64,000 bases of DNA from a virus (IMGVR_UViG_2706796482_000001:1-64000), one strand, 5' to 3'. Shown: positions 8,352 to 16,229, numbered from the stretch's first letter. Made by a program: numbers and translations. The notes: generated by a model from the letters alone, not told the origin.

Positions 8352-8496
8352 TTTAAGCTCCTCGGTGTCTGCTAGGGGTTTCTTTCCCCCTTGCTGATAG
8401 CTAAAGTCTACACGACTCCGGAGACAAGTACAAGCCCTGATTTTATGTCCGTTTTATCCGTCCGGGCCGGACAAGGGGCCCGGAGGCCCCAAGTCG

Positions 8497-8823
8497 CTAG
8501 TCTGCCAGGATGGAAGCCAGACGCTCACGCTGTGCACGGTCATGCGCACCGGAACGACTCGCGTACTCCTGGAACTCCGACACGGTGTCGATGGTGAGAT
8601 ATCCGTTTTCGTCCAGCTTGGCCACACGCACGGTGTAACGCCTGTCGTAGTCGTCGTTCCTCTCCGAGGAGACAAAGAACATCTTGTCTCCGTCGATGTT
8701 GCTGTAGCAGATGTCCGAAATGCGCGACTTCCACCAACGCATGGTGTCAGCCGAAAAGAAGTGGTTGCCCTGGTCCTTGGCGATGGCCTTGGCGTCCTCG
8801 ATGCTGAACAGAACCTTACGCAT
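8497..8823 (-). CDS. Hypothetical protein
   Basis: Start MRKVLFS with GAGGA RBS. Confidence 0.75.
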   Translation of the reverse strand: MRKVLFSIEDAKAIAKDQGNHFFSADTMRWWKSRISDICYSNIDGDKMFFVSSERNDDYDRRYTVRVAKLDENGYLTIDTVSEFQEYASRSGAHDRAQRERLASILAD

Positions 8824-8938
8824 TTGGGGTTCCTCTCCCTCGGTGTAAGACGAGTCTATCAGAGACAAGGGACATGCACAACACCTACCGGGCATTTTTG
8901 AAAGTGTCCGGCCCCGACAGGGCCCGAAGGCCCCTTTG

Positions 8939-9262
8939 TCAGGTGAGCTGAGCCAGAAGAGAACTGATTTCCTGGCGGAGTTCGGACTGAGGCCGATAGC
9001 CTCGCTCGTTCTTCAACTCACGCTCGAAATAGGCACGAAGTTCGGTCTTGTTGTACGGACCGTGTGCCTCGTCGGTGTAGTTGATGTTCTCGAAGGGCGA
9101 CGGGCAGGAGCAACCGGAGTCACTGGCCACGTAGTACCGTCCTCGGGTCTCCTTCCACACCTGAGTGATGTTGAACTGATAGGGCTCGTCGTCCCAGTCG
9201 AATCCTCCGACATAGGCCAGGTCATCCAGCTTCGTGCGCTCGGGCTTCGAAAGGTTGGTCAT
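8939..9262 (-). CDS. Hypothetical protein
   Basis: GAGGAGG RBS; DSGCSCPSP motif. Confidence 0.75.
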   Translation of the reverse strand: MTNLSKPERTKLDDLAYVGGFDWDDEPYQFNITQVWKETRGRYYVASDSGCSCPSPFENINYTDEAHGPYNKTELRAYFERELKNERGYRPQSELRQEISSLLAQLT

Positions 9263-9271
9263 TACGCCTCC

Positions 9272-9415
9272 TCAGATGTCTTTACGCTGAACCTTACCAC
9301 ACTTGGAGCACTGGCGCACCTGAATCAGCGCCTTCCAGGTACCGAGTCTGGGGAACAGAGGGGAATCGAACGTTCCCACCATCTGCTTCCAGTCGGACCA
9401 CTTGTGGAAACACAT
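9272..9415 (-). CDS. Small Zn-binding-like protein (47 aa)
   Basis: MCFHKW...CSKCG with GGAGG RBS. Confidence 0.6.
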   Translation of the reverse strand: MCFHKWSDWKQMVGTFDSPLFPRLGTWKALIQVRQCSKCGKVQRKDI

Positions 9416-9538
9416 CCTGTCCTCCGTTTTCGTTAGCTCTAGTCTACAGGACGGATTTTTGAGTCGCAACCCCAAAGTCTGGTTTTTTAGTCGCAGATTT
9501 TTAGTCCGGGGCGGACAGGGCCCCGAAGGGCCCAAATC

Positions 9539-9853
9539 CTACTCCCACGGACGGTAGTCGCTCCAGTCGGCACCCTCACGGTTTTCGATGAGGATTTCCA
9601 CCGTGTCGCCCAGACGGTGATTCACGCTGTACAGACTCCTGTGAGAGCCCTGATAGCGCCTTTGCGCCTTGGCCCACGTGACCAGCTTCTCAGCCTGTTT
9701 GGCCGAACGGCAGGGCCATGCTTCGATGTTCTCTCCGTAGTTGAACCACCATCCACCCTCTTCCGACCCTCCACAGGCTCGGTCGATAAGGTAGATGTTC
9801 ACCCAGTGCTTATTACGACGACGCTGACCCATACGGAGCGACTTCTTCGCCAT
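9539..9853 (-). CDS. Hypothetical protein
   Basis: AAGGAGG RBS; promoter at 9877. Confidence 0.75.
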   Translation of the reverse strand: MAKKSLRMGQRRRNKHWVNIYLIDRACGGSEEGGWWFNYGENIEAWPCRSAKQAEKLVTWAKAQRRYQGSHRSLYSVNHRLGDTVEILIENREGADWSDYRPWE

Positions 9854-9966
9854 TTTTCCTCCTTGGTGATGACCTAAGTCTAACAGAAGCCTAGGACATC
9901 TACAACATGTCTACCAGGATATTTTCTCATTTAGGCATGTCCGGGTCGGACAAAAAATTCGCCTAC

Positions 9967-10027
9967 AAATTCACCCCTCTTTTCTAAGGAATTCTAGGCG
10001 AAAATCCTTGAAAAGAGGGGTGAATTT
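9967..10027. repeat. Perfect 18-bp inverted repeat (long hairpin)
   Basis: AAATTCACCCCTCTTTTC 9967-9984 pairs with GAAAAGAGGGGTGAATTT 10010-10027. Confidence 0.85.
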
Positions 10028-10044
10028 TTTCTCCAATTATTTTT

Positions 10045-10269
10045 CTAAGGCTGAATGGCGACTTTTTCGTCTTTTCCTGCCTCACAAAGGCAGTATTTCG
10101 AATGTGTCGCCTCGATTGCAGTAAAACCGCTTTCCTTGTAGCGAGAAAGGAGATTCGCCAAAAGGGAGGAATTGAAAACAGGGGTTTGGCTTTTCAACCC
10201 CTCCCTTTCCAGCAAAAGGGACATGCTGTGGAATCGAACTGTAGGAACAGCCTTTTTCCGAAACATCAT
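10045..10269 (-). CDS. Hypothetical protein (doubtful)
   Basis: 74-aa ORF, but overlaps a large inverted repeat and A/T tracts. Confidence 0.35.
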   Translation of the reverse strand: MMFRKKAVPTVRFHSMSLLLEREGLKSQTPVFNSSLLANLLSRYKESGFTAIEATHSKYCLCEAGKDEKVAIQP

Positions 10270-10284
10270 ATCCCCTTAGTGCGC

Positions 10285-10428
10285 TTAGGCCAGTTCGGAC
10301 ATGTGCGGGTAGGCGTCCCAGTCGAAGCCGTCCACACGGTCCGCATCCTGCACCTCACTGACCGGAACGGTCATGGTGGTGAAGACGCCCGCGTCACGAG
10401 CCTGCTCAAGAAGGTCACGAAGGTCCAT
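10285..10428 (-). CDS. Hypothetical protein (47 aa, MDLRDLLEQ...)
   Basis: Manual translation; GAGG RBS; promoter at 10461. Confidence 0.6.
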   Translation of the reverse strand: MDLRDLLEQARDAGVFTTMTVPVSEVQDADRVDGFDWDAYPHMSELA

Positions 10429-10534
10429 GGTGTGTACTTCCTCTCGCTTGGTGTAGTACCAGTCTACACAAGGGGTAGGGCAGATGCAAGCCCTAGATGT
10501 TCCGGGAATTTTTCGTGCCTATCGTACACGCGCG

Positions 10535-10692
10535 GGGGATATGTGGGGTATGTACGTAAGGCCCCGTAATAGGGCCTATATGTGGTATGTACCCTATGTA
10601 CCATAGGCCCTATATGTACCAGTATGGGTATGTATGTACTGTATGTACCCCTATATCCCATATGTACCCAATGTCCGTTTTGCCCCATATGT
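10535..10692. repeat. Low-complexity TATGTAC(C) repeat tract
   Basis: About 10 imperfect TATGT/TATGTAC units between divergent genes. Confidence 0.75.
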
Positions 10693-10812
10693 CGTCCGGC
10701 CCGGACAGGTCACGGTTAGGTAAAGAAACCAAGATTCTTGCTGAATCAGGGTTGCATGGGGGTCCGGGGCGGGTAGTATGTAGGCATAGCCACTACGGAC
10801 CAGGGAGACGAA

Positions 10813-11250
10813 ATGAACGCCACCACCGCCCACCACTGCAAGTACAACAACGAGACTGCCGTTAACGCCCGTATCCGTAGGCAGGTGCTCGCTACGGTGC
10901 TGTACCTGGCTAGCCTTACGGGTGACAGTGACGGTGCCACGTGGGCCAACTGTGTGGGGTGTGGGGAGCGTGCCCACGTGGGCGGTACCCCTAGGGCTAT
11001 GGACACGTTCAACCTGGGGCACGTGCTGGCAGACGCTGAGGGTGGGATGTACTGCCCTTGCAACCTGTTGCCCCTGTGCAGGCAGTGTAACGCTGACATG
11101 GGTAAGGAGACCCTTACCGATGTGCTCATTCCCACTTACGACAATCGGGAACTCTGGGACGGTAAGCTCATGGCCGACCCTGGCACCGTGGCCGCTAAGC
11201 CTGAAAGCAACCGAGGACGTGCCCGCTGGAACGTCCCTGCGACCGTCTGA
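10813..11250 (+). CDS. HNH endonuclease
   Basis: CVGCG...LGHVLADAEGG...NLLPLCRQCN. Confidence 0.8.
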   Translation: MNATTAHHCKYNNETAVNARIRRQVLATVLYLASLTGDSDGATWANCVGCGERAHVGGTPRAMDTFNLGHVLADAEGGMYCPCNLLPLCRQCNADMGKETLTDVLIPTYDNRELWDGKLMADPGTVAAKPESNRGRARWNVPATV

Positions 11251-11264
11251 GACGCTTTGAATGT

Positions 11265-11292
11265 GCCCCCTAGGGTAGTTTGCCTAGGGGGC
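11265..11292 (+). terminator. Hairpin after the HNH gene
   Basis: GCCCCCTAGG...CCTAGGGGGC. Confidence 0.6.
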
Positions 11293-11481
11293 TATTTCAT
11301 GCCCGCAGACGGGCCCTCAGCCCTTTTGAAAACGGTTTTCAAGGGCCGTGGAACCTTCCCCGGAACCTTCTTGCGACAAGATGTCAAGGGTTATGGGCGC
11401 ACTATCTGAATTGTTACAAAGGTATGCGAAGCATGTATCATACATCACAAAAAATTACTAACATTTCAGAATGCTTTTATG

Positions 11482-11709
11482 TTACTCTTCGGTAGTGTCC
11501 GGCTCGGACAATTCGTCTCCCATATCAAATGACGGAGCAGGCCCGAAAATCTTGCCCAATTGGTGTCCTCTGAAAATGACTTCTGCCTCTTGTGGATTTA
11601 CTCCACGCGCAATGCAGGTCAGCATATCGTAGATACGCATGAGCATGATGGTATTGACGACAGACGAAGTGTCTTCATCGAATACGTCATTCTCTATTTC
11701 ATCACTCAT
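11482..11709 (-). CDS. Hypothetical protein
   Basis: ATGA overlap with thyX. Confidence 0.7.
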   Translation of the reverse strand: MSDEIENDVFDEDTSSVVNTIMLMRIYDMLTCIARGVNPQEAEVIFRGHQLGKIFGPAPSFDMGDELSEPDTTEE

Positions 11710-12395
11710 TCTGTCTCCTTGAAGGGAGCTAGAGCGACAGGGAATTCAGGTACAATCAAGTCTCTGACAGCCTTAGCATACATCTGTATTTCGAGTTGCG
11801 CATTGTGTTCAAGACGCTCTCTCATAAAGTGCATTACTGCTGCAAGACTGGTTGTCCAACGCCATCTTACATACATACCATAAGCAGGAAGGAATAGCCT
11901 TGCTTGTTCCGGCGCTAGTCCACTATCCAATGCTTGATTATATAGGGTCTCACCTTGTGCAAGGAATTCTTTGAGCATATCGGTGTATTGCTCAGACGTT
12001 ATAGGGTCTGCATTATCACCGCTTCCCTGCTTCTTGTTTTCTGGTGCCATACGCCACTCTGTTGGAATGTGGTATACAGGGTCTTCTGTTATATAGCGTC
12101 TTGATGATTCGTTCCAGCCGATTTGGTCATCAAGGTGGGTTGAAGCCACTGTGTACTTCCACCACTGCCGGGCCACAAATAGTGGCGCATATACTTCGAA
12201 TGTCAATGCAACATGACGAAAAGGAGAGTATTCGTTGTTTCTGACTAGGAAATTAATCAGTCTTTCATCCTTGTCAGAGAACTCCGCACTCTCCTTTGCG
12301 TAACTAACTCGTGCTGCATTGACGATAGAAAGGTCTGAACCCATATGGTCTACAAGACGTACGTAGCCCTGGTCCAACACATCAATCTTCGTCAA
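11706..12395 (-). CDS. thyX: Flavin-dependent thymidylate synthase
   Basis: GYVRLVDHMGSDLSIVNAARVSY, NESSRRY, APEQARLFLP and HNAQLEIQMYA motifs. Confidence 0.93.
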   Translation of the reverse strand: MTKIDVLDQGYVRLVDHMGSDLSIVNAARVSYAKESAEFSDKDERLINFLVRNNEYSPFRHVALTFEVYAPLFVARQWWKYTVASTHLDDQIGWNESSRRYITEDPVYHIPTEWRMAPENKKQGSGDNADPITSEQYTDMLKEFLAQGETLYNQALDSGLAPEQARLFLPAYGMYVRWRWTTSLAAVMHFMRERLEHNAQLEIQMYAKAVRDLIVPEFPVALAPFKETE

Positions 12396-12604
12396 CTGTC
12401 ATCTCCGTTCAATATAGCGCCTTCTATATGGCGCGTCAGTCGTCTCTTCTGCCGGGCCTTTTCTTCTGGGCTCATGGCTTGGTCTCTGGTATCCAGAATA
12501 TCAGAGACGACCTCAACGAGCAACCTCTTCAACTCGTTGATGTTAATCAGTTCTGGATTAGTCACTCTTCTAGCCATTCCTGGCCGTTGAATGCGTCTAT
12601 CCAT
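12392..12604 (-). CDS. Hypothetical protein
   Basis: ORF in a tightly packed operon; start uncertain. Confidence 0.55.
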   Translation of the reverse strand: MDRRIQRPGMARRVTNPELININELKRLLVEVVSDILDTRDQAMSPEEKARQKRRLTRHIEGAILNGDDS

Positions 12605-12795
12605 TCGTTTGCAGGCAGGTCTGATGGTACCACTTCCACCTTGAAGGTGTGAATAATGCCTGTTGACCTTTCACGTACCGCAAAATGATTGCCTACCCAC
12701 GTGATATCATGAGTATCCTCGTAATGATTCCTGTTGTTGTCAATGTCTTCAAACAGGAACAGGTCGAGAACTTCTTCGGCTTTTTCTCTATCCAT
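12562..12795 (-). CDS. Hypothetical protein
   Basis: Start MDREKAEE overlapping the upstream stop. Confidence 0.6.
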   Translation of the reverse strand: MDREKAEEVLDLFLFEDIDNNRNHYEDTHDITWVGNHFAVRERSTGIIHTFKVEVVPSDLPANEWIDAFNGQEWLEE

Positions 12796-12955
12796 TGAGA
12801 TTCGCAATCTCTCCATCAAGCCGCTCAATTTCGCGCTTCTGGCGCTGCTCGCCAACGCGGTCCTTATTACGCTTTGCAAGCTCTAGTCCACGAGCAGCCG
12901 TTCTGCGCTGCTCATACAGTGAGTTAAGAGCCCTGCGTACGTCTCTGTCGCTCAT
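12788..12955 (-). CDS. Small coiled-coil protein (55 aa)
   Basis: Manual translation MSDRDVRRALNSLYEQ...; ATGA coupling. Confidence 0.6.
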   Translation of the reverse strand: MSDRDVRRALNSLYEQRRTAARGLELAKRNKDRVGEQRQKREIERLDGEIANLNG

Positions 12956-13086
12956 TTCACCAACTTATCGTTGAGTTCGTATATTCGCTTTGCAATCTTG
13001 TCAGTCGGCTTGCCCTGCTTACGCAGTTCGAGATACACAAGTCTCAGCTTACGTATCTCTTCTTGTATCTTGGCCTTGTCGCTCAT
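12952..13086 (-). CDS. Small helical protein (44 aa)
   Basis: Manual translation MSDKAKIQEEIRK...; ATGA coupling. Confidence 0.6.
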   Translation of the reverse strand: MSDKAKIQEEIRKLRLVYLELRKQGKPTDKIAKRIYELNDKLVK

Positions 13087-13403
13087 ACGTTGTTCCTGTC
13101 AAGGATACCGTGTATATAGTCGGTATCTATATCGTCGTAGTTTGATAGCATTCTCAACTCTGAGACTGCCTCTTTGTACCGGCGATTTTCTGACAGATAG
13201 TTGTCAGCATCATTAGCCCACCGGTAGGCATCTTTGCGAAGTGCTAGGAACTTCTCTCGGGGAATCTCTTCATCGGGAAGGATATCAAATTCAACCCATA
13301 CTGAATACTCCTCTTCTGTCATTCCTAGAAACTCGTGGAGTGACATTTCCGTGTCACTGTCATGCCACTTGTCCACGAGGTCTTCTAGTTGTCCTCTGTT
13401 CAT
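13083..13403 (-). CDS. Hypothetical protein
   Basis: 106-aa ORF with LHEFLGMTEEEY motif. Confidence 0.7.
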   Translation of the reverse strand: MNRGQLEDLVDKWHDSDTEMSLHEFLGMTEEEYSVWVEFDILPDEEIPREKFLALRKDAYRWANDADNYLSENRRYKEAVSELRMLSNYDDIDTDYIHGILDRNNV

Positions 13404-13757
13404 GTCACTAGGATGTCACATGTCCTGGGACATTGTCAAGACGTGACACCGCCTTGTTCACCGTATTTACGGGAATGTCCTGTCCCTTGATGTCACAAAT
13501 CTGCTTGTGCAATTCTGTCCTGTCCGTGACACCCTTGGCCCATAGGTCTCTGACCAGGGCGGACACTGATTTGTCCTTGTCCTTGTCATTTGTCACCGGG
13601 ACAGTTTTTGTCACCTTGTCTGTCCTTGGGACATTGTCCGTGACAGGAATGTCCGGTGACGTGACAGAAAATGTCTTGTCCTTCTTTGTCACCTTGTCCG
13701 GCTTTTTGTCCTTTGTCTTCTTTCGCTCCAGAGGTTGTCCCGTGACATTGGTGACAG
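13340..13757. repeat. Dense TGTC(C/A) and (G/T)GACA motif cluster inside coding sequence
   Basis: About 40 TGTC/GACA occurrences in about 420 bp, versus about 3 expected by chance. Confidence 0.85.
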
Positions 13758-14277
13758 ATTCATTCAGTCGGTAGAATACCACATCCTTGAATCCACCGAA
13801 AGTCTTGCCAGGGAAGATAAGCCAGCTAATCTTACCAAACACTGGCATACGCTTCGGAACCAGTCCGTTTGCTCTCATCTCTGAGCGGTGAATGAATCGC
13901 AGGTATAGCTCGAAAAGGATTCCTGCGATAACTGGTGGCGCTCCAAAAAGCACCATTCCAGGGACGCCATAGGATAGCAGCATGGCGTGTTCTACGTTGA
14001 GGTATACAGACGCTCCCACAAAGAGATACGTCGCTAGTTTTGTTGCCAGGCCAGAATCTTCTGTTCTGGCGTACTTGCTGGCAAGGTCAGCAACAAACAA
14101 AGCCGCTCCATCGAATGCCGCGCTGACGCCAATAGCAAGTATCTGTGGGACTCCATAAAACGTAACTGCAAGAGAATAGAGACTCCACCAACTAAGGGCC
14201 AGGGCTACGATGAGAACGACTCCGAATGAGATTGAACCTCGCCAGTCAAGAACTCTCTTGAAATCAGGCTTGTTCAC
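13408..14277 (-). CDS. DUF2637-like (Spd-like) membrane protein with a putative C-terminal HTH
   Basis: About four N-terminal TM helices (SWWSL, AFDGAAL, SVYLNVEH, GAPPVIA); low-complexity linker; helical C-terminal domain. Confidence 0.7.
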   Translation of the reverse strand: MNKPDFKRVLDWRGSISFGVVLIVALALSWWSLYSLAVTFYGVPQILAIGVSAAFDGAALFVADLASKYARTEDSGLATKLATYLFVGASVYLNVEHAMLLSYGVPGMVLFGAPPVIAGILFELYLRFIHRSEMRANGLVPKRMPVFGKISWLIFPGKTFGGFKDVVFYRLNESVTNVTGQPLERKKTKDKKPDKVTKKDKTFSVTSPDIPVTDNVPRTDKVTKTVPVTNDKDKDKSVSALVRDLWAKGVTDRTELHKQICDIKGQDIPVNTVNKAVSRLDNVPGHVTS

Positions 14278-14330
14278 TGTTCTCCTTAGACAAAAGTGCA
14301 GGCGGCCATTTCTGACCGCCTGCTATGTAG

Positions 14331-14732
14331 TTATTTCGCTGACTCGTTAAACATCCAGAGCCACTTATCGACACCTCGCTTGACTTCAATCAGAACGTCT
14401 TGCGTCGCAAGGTCATCGGTAATGTTCAGTATAGCATTCTGTAGGACGTGGGTCAATCCCCTGAGAGAAGACACCGTTCCGTCAACTACCTGCTGATAAC
14501 TTACTGATTCACCGGACATTTCGTATGCAACCTTGGGCGCAAGATACCATCCATTCGCCCTTGCACGTTCTGCAATGAGGTCAGCGTATTCAGTTATATC
14601 GGAGTGAAGCTCATCCAGCTTCTCATGTAGGAAAAAGAATTCCCTACCCCTGAGATTCCAATGACTCTCCTTGACGACCAAGGAGAGAATCAGAAGCCAT
14701 TCGAGAGCTTCCTCCATCTTTGCTTCTAGCAC
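14331..14732 (-). CDS. dps: Dps/ferritin-like protein
   Basis: HWNLRGREFFFLHEKLDE...DLIAER and DKWLWM ferroxidase motifs. Confidence 0.88.
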   Translation of the reverse strand: MLEAKMEEALEWLLILSLVVKESHWNLRGREFFFLHEKLDELHSDITEYADLIAERARANGWYLAPKVAYEMSGESVSYQQVVDGTVSSLRGLTHVLQNAILNITDDLATQDVLIEVKRGVDKWLWMFNESAK

Positions 14733-14943
14733 TCTCCACCTCCTTAATCGCCTGACTAATTTGATGATGCACCTCTAGACCAGGGAGGATGTAGATATCA
14801 CATACCGGACACCATAGTCTAAGGTCGGGAGGTGCATCAGGCTTTATTCTTGTTATGAAGTTGTTATGACAATCAGGACAGACCAATGCAGGAACGATTC
14901 CTTCTCTGGCTAGCCTATTGTATTTATGAAATTCCGACCACAT
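14644..14943 (-). CDS. Zn-ribbon protein, leaderless
   Basis: CPDC...CPVC; TAGACT 6 nt upstream of the ATG. Confidence 0.65.
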   Translation of the reverse strand: MWSEFHKYNRLAREGIVPALVCPDCHNNFITRIKPDAPPDLRLWCPVCDIYILPGLEVHHQISQAIKEVESARSKDGGSSRMASDSLLGRQGESLESQG

Positions 14944-15139
14944 GCCATTAGTCTATCATGCTATAGACGGATAGCACAACATTCATCTAACTCCGTCTAG
15001 AACAGAATGAGACCTGCAAACCATTCTCTTCCGGCCGAAATATGTAATCTCGACCACTGGCTTGTTCGGACAGTTCTTCATGAAGCACTTTCCACGCTGA
15101 TTGCGTGTATTCTCACCTTTAGTGTCTCTTCCAAGACTA

Positions 15140-15580
15140 TCAGGCATCTCTCAGCTTCTCCTTGATTCGAGTTGTTGACATTCCCGTACGCCTGTCAATG
15201 TAAATCAGAATAAGGTCGTTTTCGTCAAGCCACTCCTTGGTGAATCCCATCTGACCATAGTAATCTCTACCGGCCCAATCTGAGCCAATGGCGATAACCT
15301 CAATCATGTGTGATTCGCAGGCCAGCAGGATGGATTCCTTTGAATCCTCTTCTCCTACATTTGGAATCACAAGGTCCACATAGCGGCATGACTCAAGAAC
15401 TAGCTTGCGCTCTCTGAATGTCTGAATTGGTGGATTGCCCTTGAATCGAGCAATAAACTCGTCTGTATTCAAAGAGACTACTACTTTGCCGTCACCAGCC
15501 AGCCTCTTACAAGAGCGTAGAAGTTCTACATGACCTTCGTGAAAGAGGTCAAAAGTGCCTCCTGTGTAAATATTAGGCAC
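15140..15580 (-). CDS. Cytidylyltransferase (TagD/RfaE-like HxGH family)
   Basis: YTGGTFDLFHEGH, GSDW and STTRIK motifs. Confidence 0.88.
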   Translation of the reverse strand: MPNIYTGGTFDLFHEGHVELLRSCKRLAGDGKVVVSLNTDEFIARFKGNPPIQTFRERKLVLESCRYVDLVIPNVGEEDSKESILLACESHMIEVIAIGSDWAGRDYYGQMGFTKEWLDENDLILIYIDRRTGMSTTRIKEKLRDA

Positions 15581-16229
15581 GTAGATACTCCGCATCAATT
15601 TCAAGCTGGTTTTCTACATACCAATTGAAAGACATTTGGTCATGGTCCCAGATTGGTCCAGCATTTGCCTCTTCGTATGTCTGGTCGTGCTGTGCCTTGC
15701 CAGCATATGGATGCATATGTTCCATGTTGATGTCAGGGAGGTATGTCAGTGTGCCCAATGCCTCTCCTAGAGCCTTCCAGTAGTTGTCTGCGAAAAGATG
15801 AATAAGAGTTGGGGTCACCATGTACCCGAGCTTTCTTACAATGTTCGCATCCATAAAAACAGCAGTGGGAAGACCTTCTCCCTGCCAGCCGTCATTGGCA
15901 TAGGCAATCATATTCGGCTGGAAGGCATTAGCAATCGCTACATCCCAACGATGAGTATGAGGGATTACATCGTCTCCCATAAAGCCGATAATGTCGTAAT
16001 AGTTTTGATAGGTCAGCACTGCCTCATTCAGCGTCCCTACAAGTCTTCTGCGACGAGATACCCGAAAAGGAAGCTTTGTATCGTAGTATTCGTCAATCTT
16101 AGGGTCATCGTCATCAAGACAGAAGACCACATCAACCTCTGCCGTTGTCTGAATTGCTTCATACAGACGAACGGCATTGTCTGGTCTGCCTCTTGTAGGT
16201 ACGATAATCTTTGTTGTTTTGTCTCTCAT
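15573..16229 (-). CDS. Glycosyltransferase, GT-A fold (GT2-like)
   Basis: IIVPTRGR, FMGDD and FADN motifs. Confidence 0.8.
   Translation of the reverse strand: MRDKTTKIIVPTRGRPDNAVRLYEAIQTTAEVDVVFCLDDDDPKIDEYYDTKLPFRVSRRRRLVGTLNEAVLTYQNYYDIIGFMGDDVIPHTHRWDVAIANAFQPNMIAYANDGWQGEGLPTAVFMDANIVRKLGYMVTPTLIHLFADNYWKALGEALGTLTYLPDINMEHMHPYAGKAQHDQTYEEANAGPIWDHDQMSFNWYVENQLEIDAEYLRA

Larger units (their letters stand above)
753..10707. repeat. Dispersed palindromic box TGTCCG-N3-CGGACA, 17 copies, about one per intergenic region
   Basis: Copies at 753, 1129, 1538, 2738, 3329, 4550, 5392, 5882, 6443, 7166, 7537, 8029, 8459, 8905, 9503, 9938, 10693 (some degenerate). Confidence 0.9.

Noticed and set aside
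2037-9436. Long plus-strand ORFs (e.g. 2037..2675, 2781..3371, 3933..4511, 4533..5330)
   Set aside because: Antisense shadows of GC3-biased minus-strand genes that have promoters and RBSs.
753-10707. CRISPR array interpretation of the repeated boxes
   Set aside because: Repeats are 15 bp, separated by hundreds to over a thousand bp of genes, and no cas genes are present.
753-10707. Classical integron (attC cassettes)
   Set aside because: No integrase is recognisable in the window, there are no GTTRRRY/RYYYAAC attC cores, and the cassettes carry their own promoters.
10464-11135. ORFs across the TATGTACC tract
   Set aside because: Translations are low-complexity artefacts of the repeat or antisense to the HNH gene.
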